Positions 37,621-50,111 are shown, numbered from the stretch's first letter. The stretch: DNA of 64,000 nt from Squalus acanthias (GCA_030390025.1 CM059446.1:38440001-38504000), one strand, 5' to 3'. The notes: generated from the sequence alone by a model not told the origin. Made by a program: numbers and translations.

Positions 37621-39754
37621 GGGCAAGTAGAAGGTTGATTGCTGGGAGACCTTTGGAGCCATGACTCATGACAACCATGGACAATAGCAGACCACAGGTA
37701 CAATGGGCCTCATGCTGTGACAAGGATACTCATGAAGCATATCAGGGCATGCTCAAGCAATGCTTCAAGTGACTGCTCTGAACTGGGTGTATGTTACAGT
37801 ACAGTCCCTCCCCCCCCCCCCCACCACCCACCAGACCAATTGCTTCCTCCCCTCTTCCAAGGCCTACCAGTGGGCTGGTGTTGGCTTCGCAGTGGTCTGA
37901 ATTTCAAATTGTCTTCACCAGCGAGTTGCCTGGGGATGTGTCTGTAGCTTGCTGGCCTCATGCAAATGAGGCCAGAGGCCCAATATTGGGTGCGCCTCAT
38001 TCCTGCCCGTTACGGTGCGCCAAGTTCCCAGCGCCTGCTGATGTGACCCAATTTCTAGGTCCTGCTGCCCACTGTCAAACATTACAGGTCAGGCATAATG
38101 TGCAAATAAAGCTCCATCTACTCTGCCCCAATAATCTGCTCCCGACTGCACTGATGGAGCGTGCATGTGTGCTCCACCCACTATCCTCATGGCCTCTCTG
38201 ATTAAAGCTATCAGTTCGAGACATCTTTCATTACAATATGACTATCATTGAATTTTTGCATGGTTGCTCCTTGGCTTGCACTGTTGTATTGCTATTCGTA
38301 CCCAGAATGAAGCAAAATACTAATCTTTGTTCCCTGCTGCAAATGGCCTGCAGAGTCACTTGATTTTGAGCCAGACTTAGTGTGAACATCACCATACAAT
38401 GGAGCAGAGCCTCCAAGATGAACTCCAATTTTCACAATTTATGCCAATGCAATGGTGGTGGATGGCAAATATTTGAGCACAGATGCCAATTAGAGTGGCA
38501 TCACAGAAACGTTGGTATTCTATTTTACACTTGGCACATTAGGGCACCAGCCAATCACTTGTATCTTGTTAATGAACATAAATTGCTTATATAATTAATC
38601 TAAATGACACACACAATATAAGTGGTGCAGTTACATCTGTGCTATGAAACTATGACAAAAACTGTAACATTAACAGGAAAAACTTCAATTTTGTAACTGG
38701 AAATCCCAGAAAAGAGACTTTCTGTGACCTAGAGGTCAAATTTATCATTCAGAACGTATGACTCCTCTCACATGTTATTATATATTATCCAATAAGCTGT
38801 TGAGCAAATAGACACTGACTCATGTTGGAGGCAAAACAGAAAGTGCATTGGAAGTGGTGGAACTAACAAAAATACTGGGGTAAGGGAATTTTACCCTGCA
38901 AAAAAAGTCTGTTGGCAGAAATCCAAAGGAGATCACTGTCATGTACCTGACTCCTGACTAGGAAGAGAGAGTTCTGGTACTCAGCCAGGAGCAAGTTGAA
39001 GATGAGAGGACCTTTACATTTCTTTCAGAACCATTTAGGCAAAGGTAAGCTTCGACAACACCTAATACCTCTGCTTTGGTTTATGATTCTTCATTGGGGA
39101 GGTGACGAATAGAATGAGGGTTTGGGTGGTGGGGCGATAGGGAAGGAATAGTGTCCGGAATGAGGATCTGTTCTGCTTCCCCCATTCAATTAGCAGTTGG
39201 TCTGTTTTCCCTATGGTGGGCTGAGGACATAGCAACCATGATTTTGTGATGTGTTAATTTGCGCCACCATTGCTCATCAGCATTGTATGGGTTGGAACCC
39301 AGCCGCTTTCTAAGTTATTTTTCTTTTCTCCCCTCCCCCTCTTTCAGATTATAGAAATGAAGAATAAGGGGCCTGCAATCAGGCCTCTACCAATGGAACT
39401 GCATAACTAGCTGCAAAAAGGCCTGTAAATGCGCATCAGAGGGACTCATTCTCGAATTAACCTTTCTTGCCAAGAAGCATTTAGTTTGCACTTGTTTAAG
39501 ATCAAGAAGTCATTGTGTAAAGTGTGAGGGAGAAACCCAGCTCTATCATTCTATGCCACAGTTTGTTGGAACTCCACTGAGCTGTGACTTTGAGCCAGTT
39601 GTGGGAAGACCATCATGATGGTAGCATAATGGACTCATTCATCAAATTCCACTTATATTACCAGGAAAAACAACCAATGAAAGGACTTCAGTTCCCCAAA
39701 AAGCAGGAGTTCAGAAGATATTTCTTCCATTTAGTAAGTTGTTCTAAACAATTA

Positions 39755-40422
39755 GGGGGAAAAATTGGGTTGCTTTGCACCTCCCGTTAGTGCCCCGGGG
39801 GCCTCCTGTGAAATTCAGCGGGAGGTGAGCGGCGGCAGAAGCCGGTAGCACCTCGCGGCGCTGCGCCTCCGGCGATGACATCATCGCAGTGCACAGTGCC
39901 CCGCTCGCGCCCCGGCTACAAACTTCGGTCGCGCCCCCTGACCTACCGCCGGACGATATGTCCGACAGGGTCAGGGTGGCGTTTTTGTGGCCGCGGCGGC
40001 GCAAATTAAAGGGCAGGTGCCGGGCGGCCATTTTCTTTTGGGCCGCCTGCCAGCAGCTGCCCCCCTTTCGCCTCCTCACGCGGGGTGCCTCTTGAGTGCC
40101 GGGCACTTTTCCCAGCACCCCGCTCCTCGGTGGTCCAGCAGGGCCCCGGTGCGCGCTAGGCCCCTCCCCTTTAATCAGGGGAGGGAAGCCTGCAATACCA
40201 TGGTGCTATGTGCTGTGCACGTGGCGCTGTTACACATAGCGCCACGATATTGAATGGTAGCGCCCCAAGAGGGAGGGGGAGCGTTTCCAGTAGTGCCCTG
40301 CCTCCTGCTTGGGGCGCTACCACTCGATTTACGGCGTGGGAGTGCTAAATTGTTTGGGGCGCTAAAAGTAGCGCCCCGGCGAAGTAAGCGCCCCAAAGGG
40401 TGCACGACCCAATTTTTCCCCC
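39755..40422 (+). mobile_element. Complete Harbinger MITE family A (668 bp)
   Basis: Perfect 16-bp TIR GGGGGAAAAATTGGGT; TSD TTA (39752-39754 / 40423-40425). Confidence 0.95.
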
Positions 40423-41062
40423 TTAGTCTGGTATCAATAGCAGAAGAATGGCTCCTTAACTTACATACACAGCCATTTGTCTCCAATCCTTTGGTATTAA
40501 CATACCAGTGGCAGCACATAAGTACTTAGCTTTTCAGGTTTACGTACAGCATATTACGCTGCCTGGTAAAATACAATTTTTGCACCAGGTCATGCCAGAA
40601 TATGTAAATTACACCAACTCTTTCACTAATACCAGACATTGAAGACGACTTAGCATCTGCCTGACTCCAACAACCTGGGTGTAACCTCACCGAATTCTGC
40701 ACTCTGAATCAATCCCAGCAATGACGTTAACCCACCTCTGATATAAGGCCCTTTCTGAGGCAGGTCAGTGCTAAGGTTTGTGGGATTTGTGTCAACATCC
40801 GTGTCCACCAGGATCTGCTCGCAAAATCTGGCCTATTCATTCTGCCTATCATGTAGAGTAAAGAGGGTCAGAAATACATGTGCACTCATATAACATCTGA
40901 TGCGTGCATGTACCCAGCATGATGTATGTATGAATGTGTTAAAGTAAAATGACATCTGTGGCGATTCCCCAGGAAGCAGCAGCAGTCTAAATGGGTCAAC
41001 TGCCCTGAATCCTCCAGTACGGTGTGACACACTGAAGCTAGATTAAGGCACCAAGACACACT

Positions 41063-41780
41063 GGCCCGGATTTTGCGGTGGGTAACGGCGGAGAACTTTC
41101 AGTGTTCGCCATCATTATCCCTCTGAAACTGACCGTAACTTCAGGATTTAGCGCATGTGCATCTAAATGCAGAAATCCTGAAGTTGCGGTCAGTCATTCA
41201 CTGCTCCGACACAGGCTGCGCTGTGGAACCCGCCCATAGCCGGCAATCAGTGTAATCAGTGAAATCAGTGAAACTGATGAAAACTTGAACTTTTCTGTGC
41301 TAATATTGCTGTTAAATACCCCATTAAAGGTTAAACCTTGTTGGAAAAGCTATAACTGGGGTTTTAACAGTGTATTGACTGCGAGACAACTGTTCTGACC
41401 CTGAAAAACTCATTTTTATATTTGTGTAGTGTCAAAATTCTCCATTATAATAAAAATTACAATTTAAATTTTAAAAAAAAGTTTGTTCATGATATTTCAG
41501 CTTCTACCTTAACCCCATGTATATGTCCCAATCTTTATTTCGCTCTCTGTAACATTTTTAAAAAGTGAGGATAAAGGCCGCTTTTTATTTCCTAGTTTGC
41601 TGTCTGCGAGAATTCTTCAATGTGATTGGCTGCTTAGACAGCTTGATGACGTCACTGCTGGACTAAGCTAGGAATCCCCTAATCACAGCGCTACAATCAA
41701 TTACACATCAAGAAACCTCAAGCTTATGCCACAGCGATCGCAAGATCTTCCTAACAAGTGTTTTGCCAAAATGGCTTTCG
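41063..41780. mobile_element. Harbinger-type MITE with AT-rich core, right end eroded
   Basis: Left TIR GGCCCGGATTTTGCGG; internal inverted repeat gaccgtaacttcaggattt...aaatcctgaagttgcggtc. Confidence 0.6.
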
Positions 41781-42013
41781 CTGATTCTCAGGACACACAG
41801 TTCAGACCAATGCAGTCCCACATTAATGTCAAAAGCTAATAGGGATTCCAAAATGTTTCCTTTTAATTAATAACCCTCATTATTTTCCAGCAACATAGTT
41901 GAAACTGCAATAGAAATGATTATTAAAATTGGAAATAAAAGCCGATTGCTAGCTGCTGCATGCAATGTGTTCAGTAAATATGTAGCAGCTACTATTAGCC
42001 TTTCTGAATCCAG

Positions 42014-42672
42014 AGGCTAAAAATTGAGTAGTGCCCCATTTGGGGCGCTAACGTCACCGGGGCGCAACTGGAAGCCCCGCATCCCTCTTGGGGCGCTGCG
42101 AGTCAATATTGCGGCGCTACGTGCCGCGGTATTGCAGGCCTTCCTCCCCTTCTTAAAGGGGAGGGGCCGTGCGCAGCGAGACCCAGGGCCCAGCTGGGTC
42201 CTCGGGGATCAGGAGTGCCGGCAAAAGAGCCCAGCACTCAAGAGAAGTGCCGGGCTCTTGGAGCGCAGCCGGCACTCCGCGGGGTGGGGGGGGGGAGGGG
42301 GGGCGGTTCAGGAGGCCGGGGACGGGAGCTCAGGCAGGTGCTGGCAGGCGGCCAGCAACAAAAATGGCCGCCCCGCACCTTGCCTTTAAATTGCGCCCCC
42401 CTGACCCAGTCGGACATAGCGTCTGGCGGTAAGTCAGGGGACGCTCCCAAAGATCGCGGCCGGGGCACGAGCGGGGCGCTGCGCACGGCGATGATGCCAT
42501 CGCCAGGTGGCGCACTGCCGCGGGGCGTTACCAGTTAGCGCCACTGCTAACCTCCTGCTGAATTTCATGGGAGGCGTGGGCAGCACCACGCCCGGACGCT
42601 AGTTGCTTTGCGCCCCGTTAGCGCCCTCTTAGGGCGTTAACGGGAGGGACAAATCAACCCAATTTTTCCCCC
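42014..42672 (-). mobile_element. Harbinger MITE family A
   Basis: TIRs AGGCTAAAAATTGAGT / ACCCAATTTTTCCCCC; TSD CAG (42011-42013 / 42673-42675). Confidence 0.9.
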
Positions 42673-42871
42673 CAGGTGTCTTATAGCTTTTAAGGAGTTT
42701 ACTCTAAAAAAAAAAGAACTTGCATTGATATAGCACCTTTCATGACCTCAGAACATCACAAAGCACTTCACAGCCAATGAAGTACTTTTGAAGTGTAAAC
42801 CCTACAAACAGCAATGAGATTAATGGCCAGATAATTTGTTTTCGTGACATTGACTGCGGTCTAAATTTTGG

Positions 42872-43171
42872 ACCATCGGCTTGCTCAAAATGCACTTCCG
42901 ATGCCTAGCCATATCTGGAGGAGCCTTACAGTATGCACCAGCCAGGGCGTCCAGAATCGTTGTGGTCTGCTGTGCTCTGCACAACATCGCACAGCAGCGC
43001 GGCTTAGTGCTACTGGATGAACAAGTGGCTCAGCACACAGCCTTCTCGGAGGAAGAGGAAGAGGACGGGGAGCGACACTTTGTGGGGTCGGATGTGGCCA
43101 ATCCAGCAGCAGGCGAACACATTGCTGGCCGCCAGGCAAGGGATGCTCTCATCCATGCCAGATTCGCGTAA
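42872..43171 (+). pseudogene. Harbinger transposase C-terminal fragment
   Basis: TIGLLKMHFRCLAISGGALQYAP..IVVVCCALHNIA, a HARBI1-family motif; natural stop at 43171. Confidence 0.9.
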
Positions 43172-43348
43172 GCTTACGCTTTAACCACAGGTGGCTGGCA
43201 CATGGAGATGAATATAAGTCCGACATCCTCAAAACCCCAGGCATCATCTGTCTACTAAACTGCTCAGTGTCACCACCAACATTCTACATGGAAATCACCC
43301 CGAGCCCTCACTCTTGAACTTCCATTTCCCAGAACACAGCTGCCACAC

Positions 43349-43588
43349 TTTAGGTGATCTCAGCAGATTATTAAACCTTTTTCGATACTGAACCCATGTG
43401 CGTCTGCACACAGACCTCGAACTCACCTCCTCAGCAACTTGCAGCCAAGCTGCCTTGGTTTGCTGAGGAGGCCTCCTCCTTCCATTTCCAGGGAAGAGGA
43501 CCTCCTGACGTCCTCTAACTCCCTCCACAAGAGCATGGAGGGAGCCCTCATTGAACTTGGCTGCAGCCTTAGTTTTTGGGGCTGCCAT
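43349..43588 (-). pseudogene. Harbinger Myb/SANT exon 1 (80 codons); exons 2-3 deleted
   Basis: PPQQTKAAWLQVAEEV..RRTWVQYRKRFNNLLR; same length as, and clearly homologous to, exon 1 at 25242-25481; TIR ..GATCGAGCCC ends at 44056. Confidence 0.88.
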
Positions 43589-46109
43589 TCCTGCAGCAGC
43601 CAGCAACTTTAAGAGAAAAAAGCATTAATTTTGCTAAGCCAATGATTGGAACACATCTGGCATCTTTTTCATTTCTTAGTCACATACTACATTGACAGAT
43701 AAAAAAAATCATAAATGTCTTCCTGGAATAATATGACCAGCAATTTCATTCAATTATTTGTGTTCACACCAGCCGCTGTCAACTCCCCTTTCTAGATAAT
43801 ACAGCACCAAGCCATTCCAGTTACATTTTTTGCAAAGGGGACATGGCCCCTTTAAATTTTTACTCCAGAAACACGTCATCAGACACAAGAAACTGACATG
43901 CTCCAAGCAATTGGCTGGAGGGACCCGCACGTCGGCCGTAACGAGGCCAATCAAGCAAAAATCGGAACTGCGGGCTGGCGGCATCCGGGAGCGGGTCCGA
44001 AAGCTGCCGAGCAGCGGGCCCGCCCTCAACCCGCCTCCTCGAAAAAGATCGAGCCCAGCATCTCCGACAGTCCAGCACTCTCTCAGTACTGGTCTGAAGT
44101 ATCATCCTAGATTATGTGCTCAAGTCTCTGGAGTGGTGCTTGAACCCACAACCTTCTGACTCAGCAGCAAGAGCATGCCTCTGAGCCAAGGCTGACACTA
44201 AAAATTTCAAGTTTGATATTAAATACATGTATCATGAAATACATGAAAACTGCTTTAACAACACAAACCCACCAGAGAGCAAAATTTGATCAACCGCACA
44301 TACTTCCAGTACTTTGTTATATAAATATTAATATAGATCTTTAAATAGGCCAGGAAAAAAGATCCTACGACTTTAATAATGCTGGTCAGAAGCAAGCTGT
44401 ATTTTTACAAGGCACGTTTTATCGTGCCTTCTAGATTTGGCCTGAAGACTATTTAGCAAATTTCAAATTAGCTGATGATAGATGAGAGGTAAGTGAATAC
44501 TGATGTCTATATGTTTATTCCAGAAATATTTTAAAACACAGCACCACAAAAAGACACCGAAAATCGCAACAACCAAAAAGGGACCAAAATAATCCCCTTA
44601 CTAAATGCGCTAACTGCGAAGGGCAAAACGGACTCAACTTCTCATTAACTCGGAGGTCAACTAGAGCCCAGCAACGTGTCTTTCACGGTGTCAAAGGTTT
44701 TCTGAAACTCTCTGCCCTGCCCTTTGTACAGAGGCTGATAACCATGAACTTCCTGTATGAGCTGTTTGTAAAATATTTGACAGTAATTCACATCAAGTGG
44801 GGCTGGTGAATGGAGCGCACAGATAGCAGCAAGGATAAAGTGATAACACATCTCTCAAACAGATGCCCCTTTTTATGGCTAGAAGGGGATGCTTAAAGTT
44901 GCAGGTGGCCAGGGCTTGCATCACGCCTGTAGAGGGCTGTAACAGCTCCCTCAGAGGTCTAGTTTTATTCTGTATTTAATCACCCAAGGTTATATGAAAC
45001 AGCATCTATGTAAGAACAGCATGATGAGAGCCATAATCTGAAAAGGGAAAAAAAAGACAACCATTAGGTTTTTACTTTGTGACCTTTTTATTAACGTACT
45101 AAACTGTAGCCAACAGATGCACACACCCTTTTTAACAGCTGAGATAACTGCCTTCAGTTATTAGTTACAACTGGTAATAAAGCTGCAAGAGAGAGCTGCT
45201 TTTCTGCAGAGTTAAAGTGACAGGTTCCTCTTTTGATCTAACTGACAGTCGATATTTGAAAACAAATCCAGATTGAGAAATCCCCCTCTTAACATCTTTA
45301 GCAGCTTTCGAGAAGATTCATGGACCCTATTCTATAAAAAATATGACACTGGCTGAACCCAAGACCCTCCATCGCTGAGTTTAAGGACCAGTAAAGATTG
45401 GAGTTAAAAGCCCGTTCACTGAGTGGAAGGCTATGATCTTGAAGGACAATTTCATTTTTGCTATTCCGAAGGAAGCTTATTTTGCAAAGTGCTAAATAAG
45501 ATCTGTAGATTTAAACAATCACCTGTTTATATGCTTCATTATAAATAACTGTGAATTGAAAATGGCTGATCTAATGAATTTGTAATTGGTTGGTCTAATT
45601 AGCGGATTTCTGGTCGGCACTCAATATAGTACAACACTACGAAGTAGATGGACTTTAAAAGCAGCAGTAAAATAATTGCTATAATATCTTCTTGATTGTG
45701 TCGCTATTATTACTACAATTTTTTATCTTCATTCTTTGCCTTCCTGCCTCCACCACTTTCTGCTTCAGCCAGGACTTAAGAAGAGGGTGGGATAGCACGA
45801 GCTGTAGATAACCTCCTATCAGCTACTTGGAGAGAGGCGATGTGGGGTGGGTTTGATCTTCTTGGCAATTTCTGCTCCTCTACGGGATCCAATCTAGGAT
45901 GCTGGCCAAGATCTGCCAACAAAAAAAACCTCATCTGCAGTAACAAAGTTCAAATGTGAGCTGAGGCCAAGGTCCCGGAATGGGAGTCCGGTGCTTTACT
46001 GCTTGGGTTACCAGGTCACCTTGTCATAAGAACATTTTAATCTGGAGTGGTAAATGAACAAGGATAGAGATCAACATTTATTACAACTAAAACTGGCATA
46101 AATATTAAA

Positions 46110-46325
46110 TTGAGAGGTCGCACAACACCAGGTTATAGTCCAACAGTTTTATTTGAAATCACAAGCTTTCGGAGCTTACTACTCCTTCGTCGGGTGAAGT
46201 AAACCCGACGAAGGAGTAGTAAGCTCCAAAAGCTTGTGATTTCAAATAAAACTGTTGGACTATAACCTGGTGTTGTGTGACCTCTCAATTTTGTCCACCC
46301 CAGTCCAACACCAGCATCTCCGCAT
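46110..46325. mobile_element. Penelope-type foldback insertion with two hammerhead-like motifs
   Basis: 89-bp inverted arms 46107-46195 / 46203-46291 (87/89 match); 13-bp duplication cataaatattaaa (46097-46109 / 46326-46338). Confidence 0.85.
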
Positions 46326-46524
46326 CATAAATATTAAAGGCAGGCTCAGGTCAGCAAAGTGGCTCAATACTGCAGGTAATGCAAAATATGTGCGCACCAA
46401 TATTGTATGAAGCAATGGGTGTATCAGAAATAACATAATCAGGAAATATGAATATGGATTAGACTCATCTTCTGTGGGCCATGAAATATTCATATTATTG
46501 CATTAAATATGTAGTAACGCGTGA

Positions 46525-47335
46525 CTCTTCTTGCCATAGAGGGAGTGCAACGAAGGTTCACGAGATTGATTCCTGGGATGGCGGGACTGTCATAGAAACA
46601 TAGAAACATAGAATCTAGGAACAGGAGTAGGCCATTCGGCCCGTCGAGCCTGCTCCACCATTCAATACGATCATGGCTGATCATCCAAGTCCAGTACCCT
46701 GTCCCTGCTTTAATCCCCACAGTACACATATCCCACCCTACCCCCGTAACCCCACGTATTTAATTCCCCCTAACATATCCCATCCTATCCCCATAACCCC
46801 ACATATTTAATCCCCCCCTAACACTAAGGGTCAATTTATCATAGCCAAATCAACCTAACCCGCACATTTTTGGACTGTGGGAGGAAACCGGAGCACCCGT
46901 ATGAGAAGAGATTGAGTAAACTAGGCCTGCATTCTCTTGAATTCAGAAGAATGAGAGGGGATCTCATTGAAGCATACAAAATTATTACAGGGCTTGATAG
47001 GATGGATGCTGGGCTGGGGAGTCTAGAACCAGGGGCCACAGCCTCAAGATAAAGGGTAGGCCATTCAGGACTGAGATGAGAAGAAATCTCTTCACACAGA
47101 GGGTGGTGAATCTTTGGAATTCTCCACCCCAGAGGGCTGTGGAGGCTCAGTCATTGGTATATTCAAAACAGAAGTCGATAGATTTCTGACTAATAAGGGC
47201 ATCAAGGGATATGGCGATAGGGCCGGTGAATGGAGTTGAGGCAGAAGATCAGCCATGATCTCATTGAATGGCGGAGCAGGCTCGAAGGGCCGAATGGCCT
47301 ACTCCTGCTCCTATTTCTTATGCTCTTATGTTCTT
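46525..47335 (+). mobile_element. CR1 LINE 3' fragment
   Basis: YEKRLSKLGLHSLEFRRMRGDLIEAYKI; tail ggctcgaagggccgaatggcctactcctgctcct. Confidence 0.92.
46592..46899 (-). mobile_element. 5'-truncated HE1/V-SINE-like element nested in the CR1
   Basis: (CATAGAAA)n CR1-type tail plus V-domain ttggactgtgggaggaaaccggagcacccg; internal ~45-50-bp tandem duplication. Confidence 0.75.
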
Positions 47336-47712
47336 CTCTCGACTGCTGCATTCTGAGCAGTGGAAGGATCAATCTCAGTCTAAATGCTCAATTCAAGTCT
47401 TTTAAGAGAAATTCGGGGATAGGGTTGCTTTCAATCTATAGTATTTCAATATAAAGATAGATTCTGATAATGGTAATCATTATTGTGATATCACAATAAC
47501 TGGAGTAATCATAATAAATCAACAGTAAACTACAACTTAAAAAGTACAGTGAGTTTTTCCCCCCCACATTATCAATTATTGCTCTGTGGCGAAGGTTACT
47601 TGAGTTTAATTGAGAAACTGTGTAACAACTGCAAGAAGTAAACTAAAGCAACAGGGAAGTAATAATAATAATAAAAAATTATGACCAAGTTGGAAATTGT
47701 TGGAAAATCATT

Positions 47713-48455
47713 GGCCCAAAAATTAGTGTCTCTACGCGAGAGTACGCACTGTGTACTCTCGCGTATTCTGTCTCCAATTGCCGGTTTTCTGCATGCACTG
47801 CGCATGCGCTGAAAACCGGCACTTGGTGATTTCAAAAGGGGGCGGTTCCTAGGTGAACCGCGTGCGCGCTACAGGCTGCGCGCACGCAGTGCACTTAGTG
47901 CTTTGAACGCGCAGGTAAGCATGGAAGATTTTGCACATAAAGAAAGGAGGCGTAAGACCCTCTTTTAACAAGGTAAGTAGTTAATTAAGTATTATTTTGA
48001 ATTTTTTTCAACAGGTATATCTTTTTTAGAGACTTTAAAGAAAGGTAAGTTTATTTTTATAACTTTTTTAAAAGATTTTAAATTTTTTTAAAAATTTAAT
48101 TTTTTGTTTAAAGTGGTTAATTTATTTAACTATACTTATTTTATTAATGTGATGTTTTTTTTTTAAATTTAATTGCGGTTTAGCTGTTCTTTTGAGGGGG
48201 TATAGATTCATAGCTTTCACAGCACTTGCTGTGAAAACTATGAATGAAAGATGGTGTGCTGCCATTGGCTCTAACTGAATCACGTGATCCCACAGCTCGC
48301 ACGAATTAACTGCGCCTGTGGGATACGGAAGCAGTGCACAGCTGCTGTCTAGAAAATCAAGTTTGTGCGAGCTCGGAATGAAAAGGCAGGCGCGCAGTGA
48401 GATATCGCGGGAAGCCTTACCCCCGCACGAAGGCTCCGTCATTAATTTCTGGGCC
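47713..48455. mobile_element. Harbinger-type MITE, GC-rich arms and AT-rich core
   Basis: TIRs GGCCCAAAAATTAGTG / CATTAATTTCTGGGCC (14/16); TSD ATT. Confidence 0.88.
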
Positions 48456-48654
48456 ATTAGCATAATGAAGTGAATTATACAGTGGAATCTTCTTTATTGT
48501 ATTCTGCATTATCCATCTTCTCAATGATTTGCCAGAATTTCCACTGGACAAAGTGTTGCACAGCCCACTAACTTCAAACTTTGCACATACAGAAAGAAAT
48601 CAAAACTCACAGCTCAATTAATGTTATGTGTATTGTACGGCTCTTCATTTTCCT

Positions 48655-48850
48655 GATAGGGTGGTGGATACAGATTCAATAGTGGCCTTCAAAAGGGAAT
48701 TGGATAAATACTTGAAGGAGAAAAAAAATGCAGGGATATGGGGAAAGAGCGGGGGAGTGGGACTAACTGGATTGCTCTTCGAAAGAGCCGGCACAGACTC
48801 GATGGGCCGAATGGCCTCCTTCTGTGCTGTACTATTCTATACTTCTATGC
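48655..48850 (+). mobile_element. CR1 3' fragment
   Basis: SIVAFKRELDKYL; gatgggccgaatggcctccttctgtgctg tail. Confidence 0.85.
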
Positions 48851-49011
48851 TCGGAATATTGCTATATTGTAACATCTAAATAATTATCCGTTTGTTCGCA
48901 TTATGTATGTAGGGGGCAGGAGTGGAGGGAGGTACCCACCATGGTGAATTGCAATCAGTCAGTATAAAGACCTTTTACGATAGGAAGATATGGTAAAGTT
49001 CTGGGACTAAC

Positions 49012-49235
49012 ACCAGTGGCTCAGTTAGTTAAAGCTACAGTTTAGGAAGTCCCAGATTGGATCCCCAGTCTAAGCTGCATTAACTGATCTCAGCCAGTAG
49101 GACTACAAGTGGCCTCAGCTTCCCTCAGTTAGCAAGGGGAAAATCAGCCACTCCTAATCACTATCTTGTGACACATTACAGGAAGTGTAGATGTTGAGTG
49201 AGGACAGGATCGAGCTCAGCTGGCTGCCCCCTTTG
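49012..49235 (+). mobile_element. tRNA-derived SINE resembling LF-SINE
   Basis: A box gtggctcagttag; ctgatctcagcc..ggggaaaatcagcc..gtgaggacaggatcg motifs, recalled from the LF-SINE consensus. Confidence 0.5.
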
Positions 49236-49754
49236 ATGGAATAAGGATACAAATTTCCACCTGCAGTATTTGATACATTTGTCTTGTATTGCGTTTTACG
49301 TTGATTACAAAATGAGTTTGGATCATTGGGCCAACTGAACCTGTTAGTTCAAACCTAACCTGGTCACCTTTACCCCTCTCATTTATCCACCTATTTTCTT
49401 CCCTTTTTCCTCTCCTGAAGATAGTGGCTGTGGGATGGGGTATAGTTCTATGATTGCTCTTGTTCAGTTGGCTCTTATTCATGTGTGAGCCTTGACAGTG
49501 AGTGTTGGTAGATTATTCACAAGATCACAAGTTAGCTTCAGATGAAGAAAGCCCTTAAGCCCATTCCATTTCCCCCACCTCGAATACTAACCCTACATCT
49601 TATCATTATAGCATCTAGTTCGTTCTTAAATGAGTCCAGTATCCTGGCCTCAGCTACCCTTCTTGGTAACCTGTTCCAGTCCTTGGTCACCCTCTGTGGA
49701 CAAAAATGAGAAGTCGCACAACACCAGGTTATAGTCCAACAGATTTATTTAATT

Positions 49755-49792
49755 TTATAAGCTTTCGGAGCTGTCGCTCCTTCCTCAGGTAA
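49755..49792 (-). ncRNA. Minimal hammerhead ribozyme motif in a Penelope-type terminal repeat (49705-49795)
   Basis: uuac-CUGAGGA-a-GGAGC(gaca)GCUCC-GAAA-GCUU-auaa: intact core, perfect 5-bp stem II, palindromic AAGCUU. Confidence 0.7.
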
Positions 49793-50111
49793 GTTAGCAG
49801 TGAGAGAATCTCCCAGAATTCACAATTTAAACACAGACAAAATCTATTCAAATATTTCCCTACATCAAAGACACACTAAGAGCACAGCCAAGACAATGAG
49901 ATGTGTCCCAGGGGGTCCAACGTGTCAAACCACCTGCTGGCTGCATATCCTGTCAATTTCGATATCGCGATATCGGGTTCATGTCACGATACAGAACGTG
50001 ACTTGACATCATGGCCGGTCGAAGCAATTCCTGATGCCTGTCCTAAATCTGCCCTTTACAATCCTAAACCTCTGCCCTCCTATCCTGATGGCCTGGCATA
50101 CTTTTAGACAT

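Larger units (their letters stand above)
42713..44198 (-). mobile_element. DeuSINE split by a Harbinger fragment (tail half 42713-~42868, head half 44057-44198)
   Basis: Both halves are collinear with the reverse complement of 63231-63652. Confidence 0.8.

Noticed and set aside
39755-42672. CpG islands marking a host promoter
   Set aside because: The CpG-rich stretches coincide exactly with TIR/TSD-bounded MITEs.
42872-43588. Domesticated HARBI1/NAIF1 host genes
   Set aside because: Both are truncated fragments next to a TIR and nested in a SINE; no gene symbol assigned.
44657-44851. 64-aa ORF in unique sequence as a host exon
   Set aside because: No recognisable homology and no convincing flanking splice-site pair.
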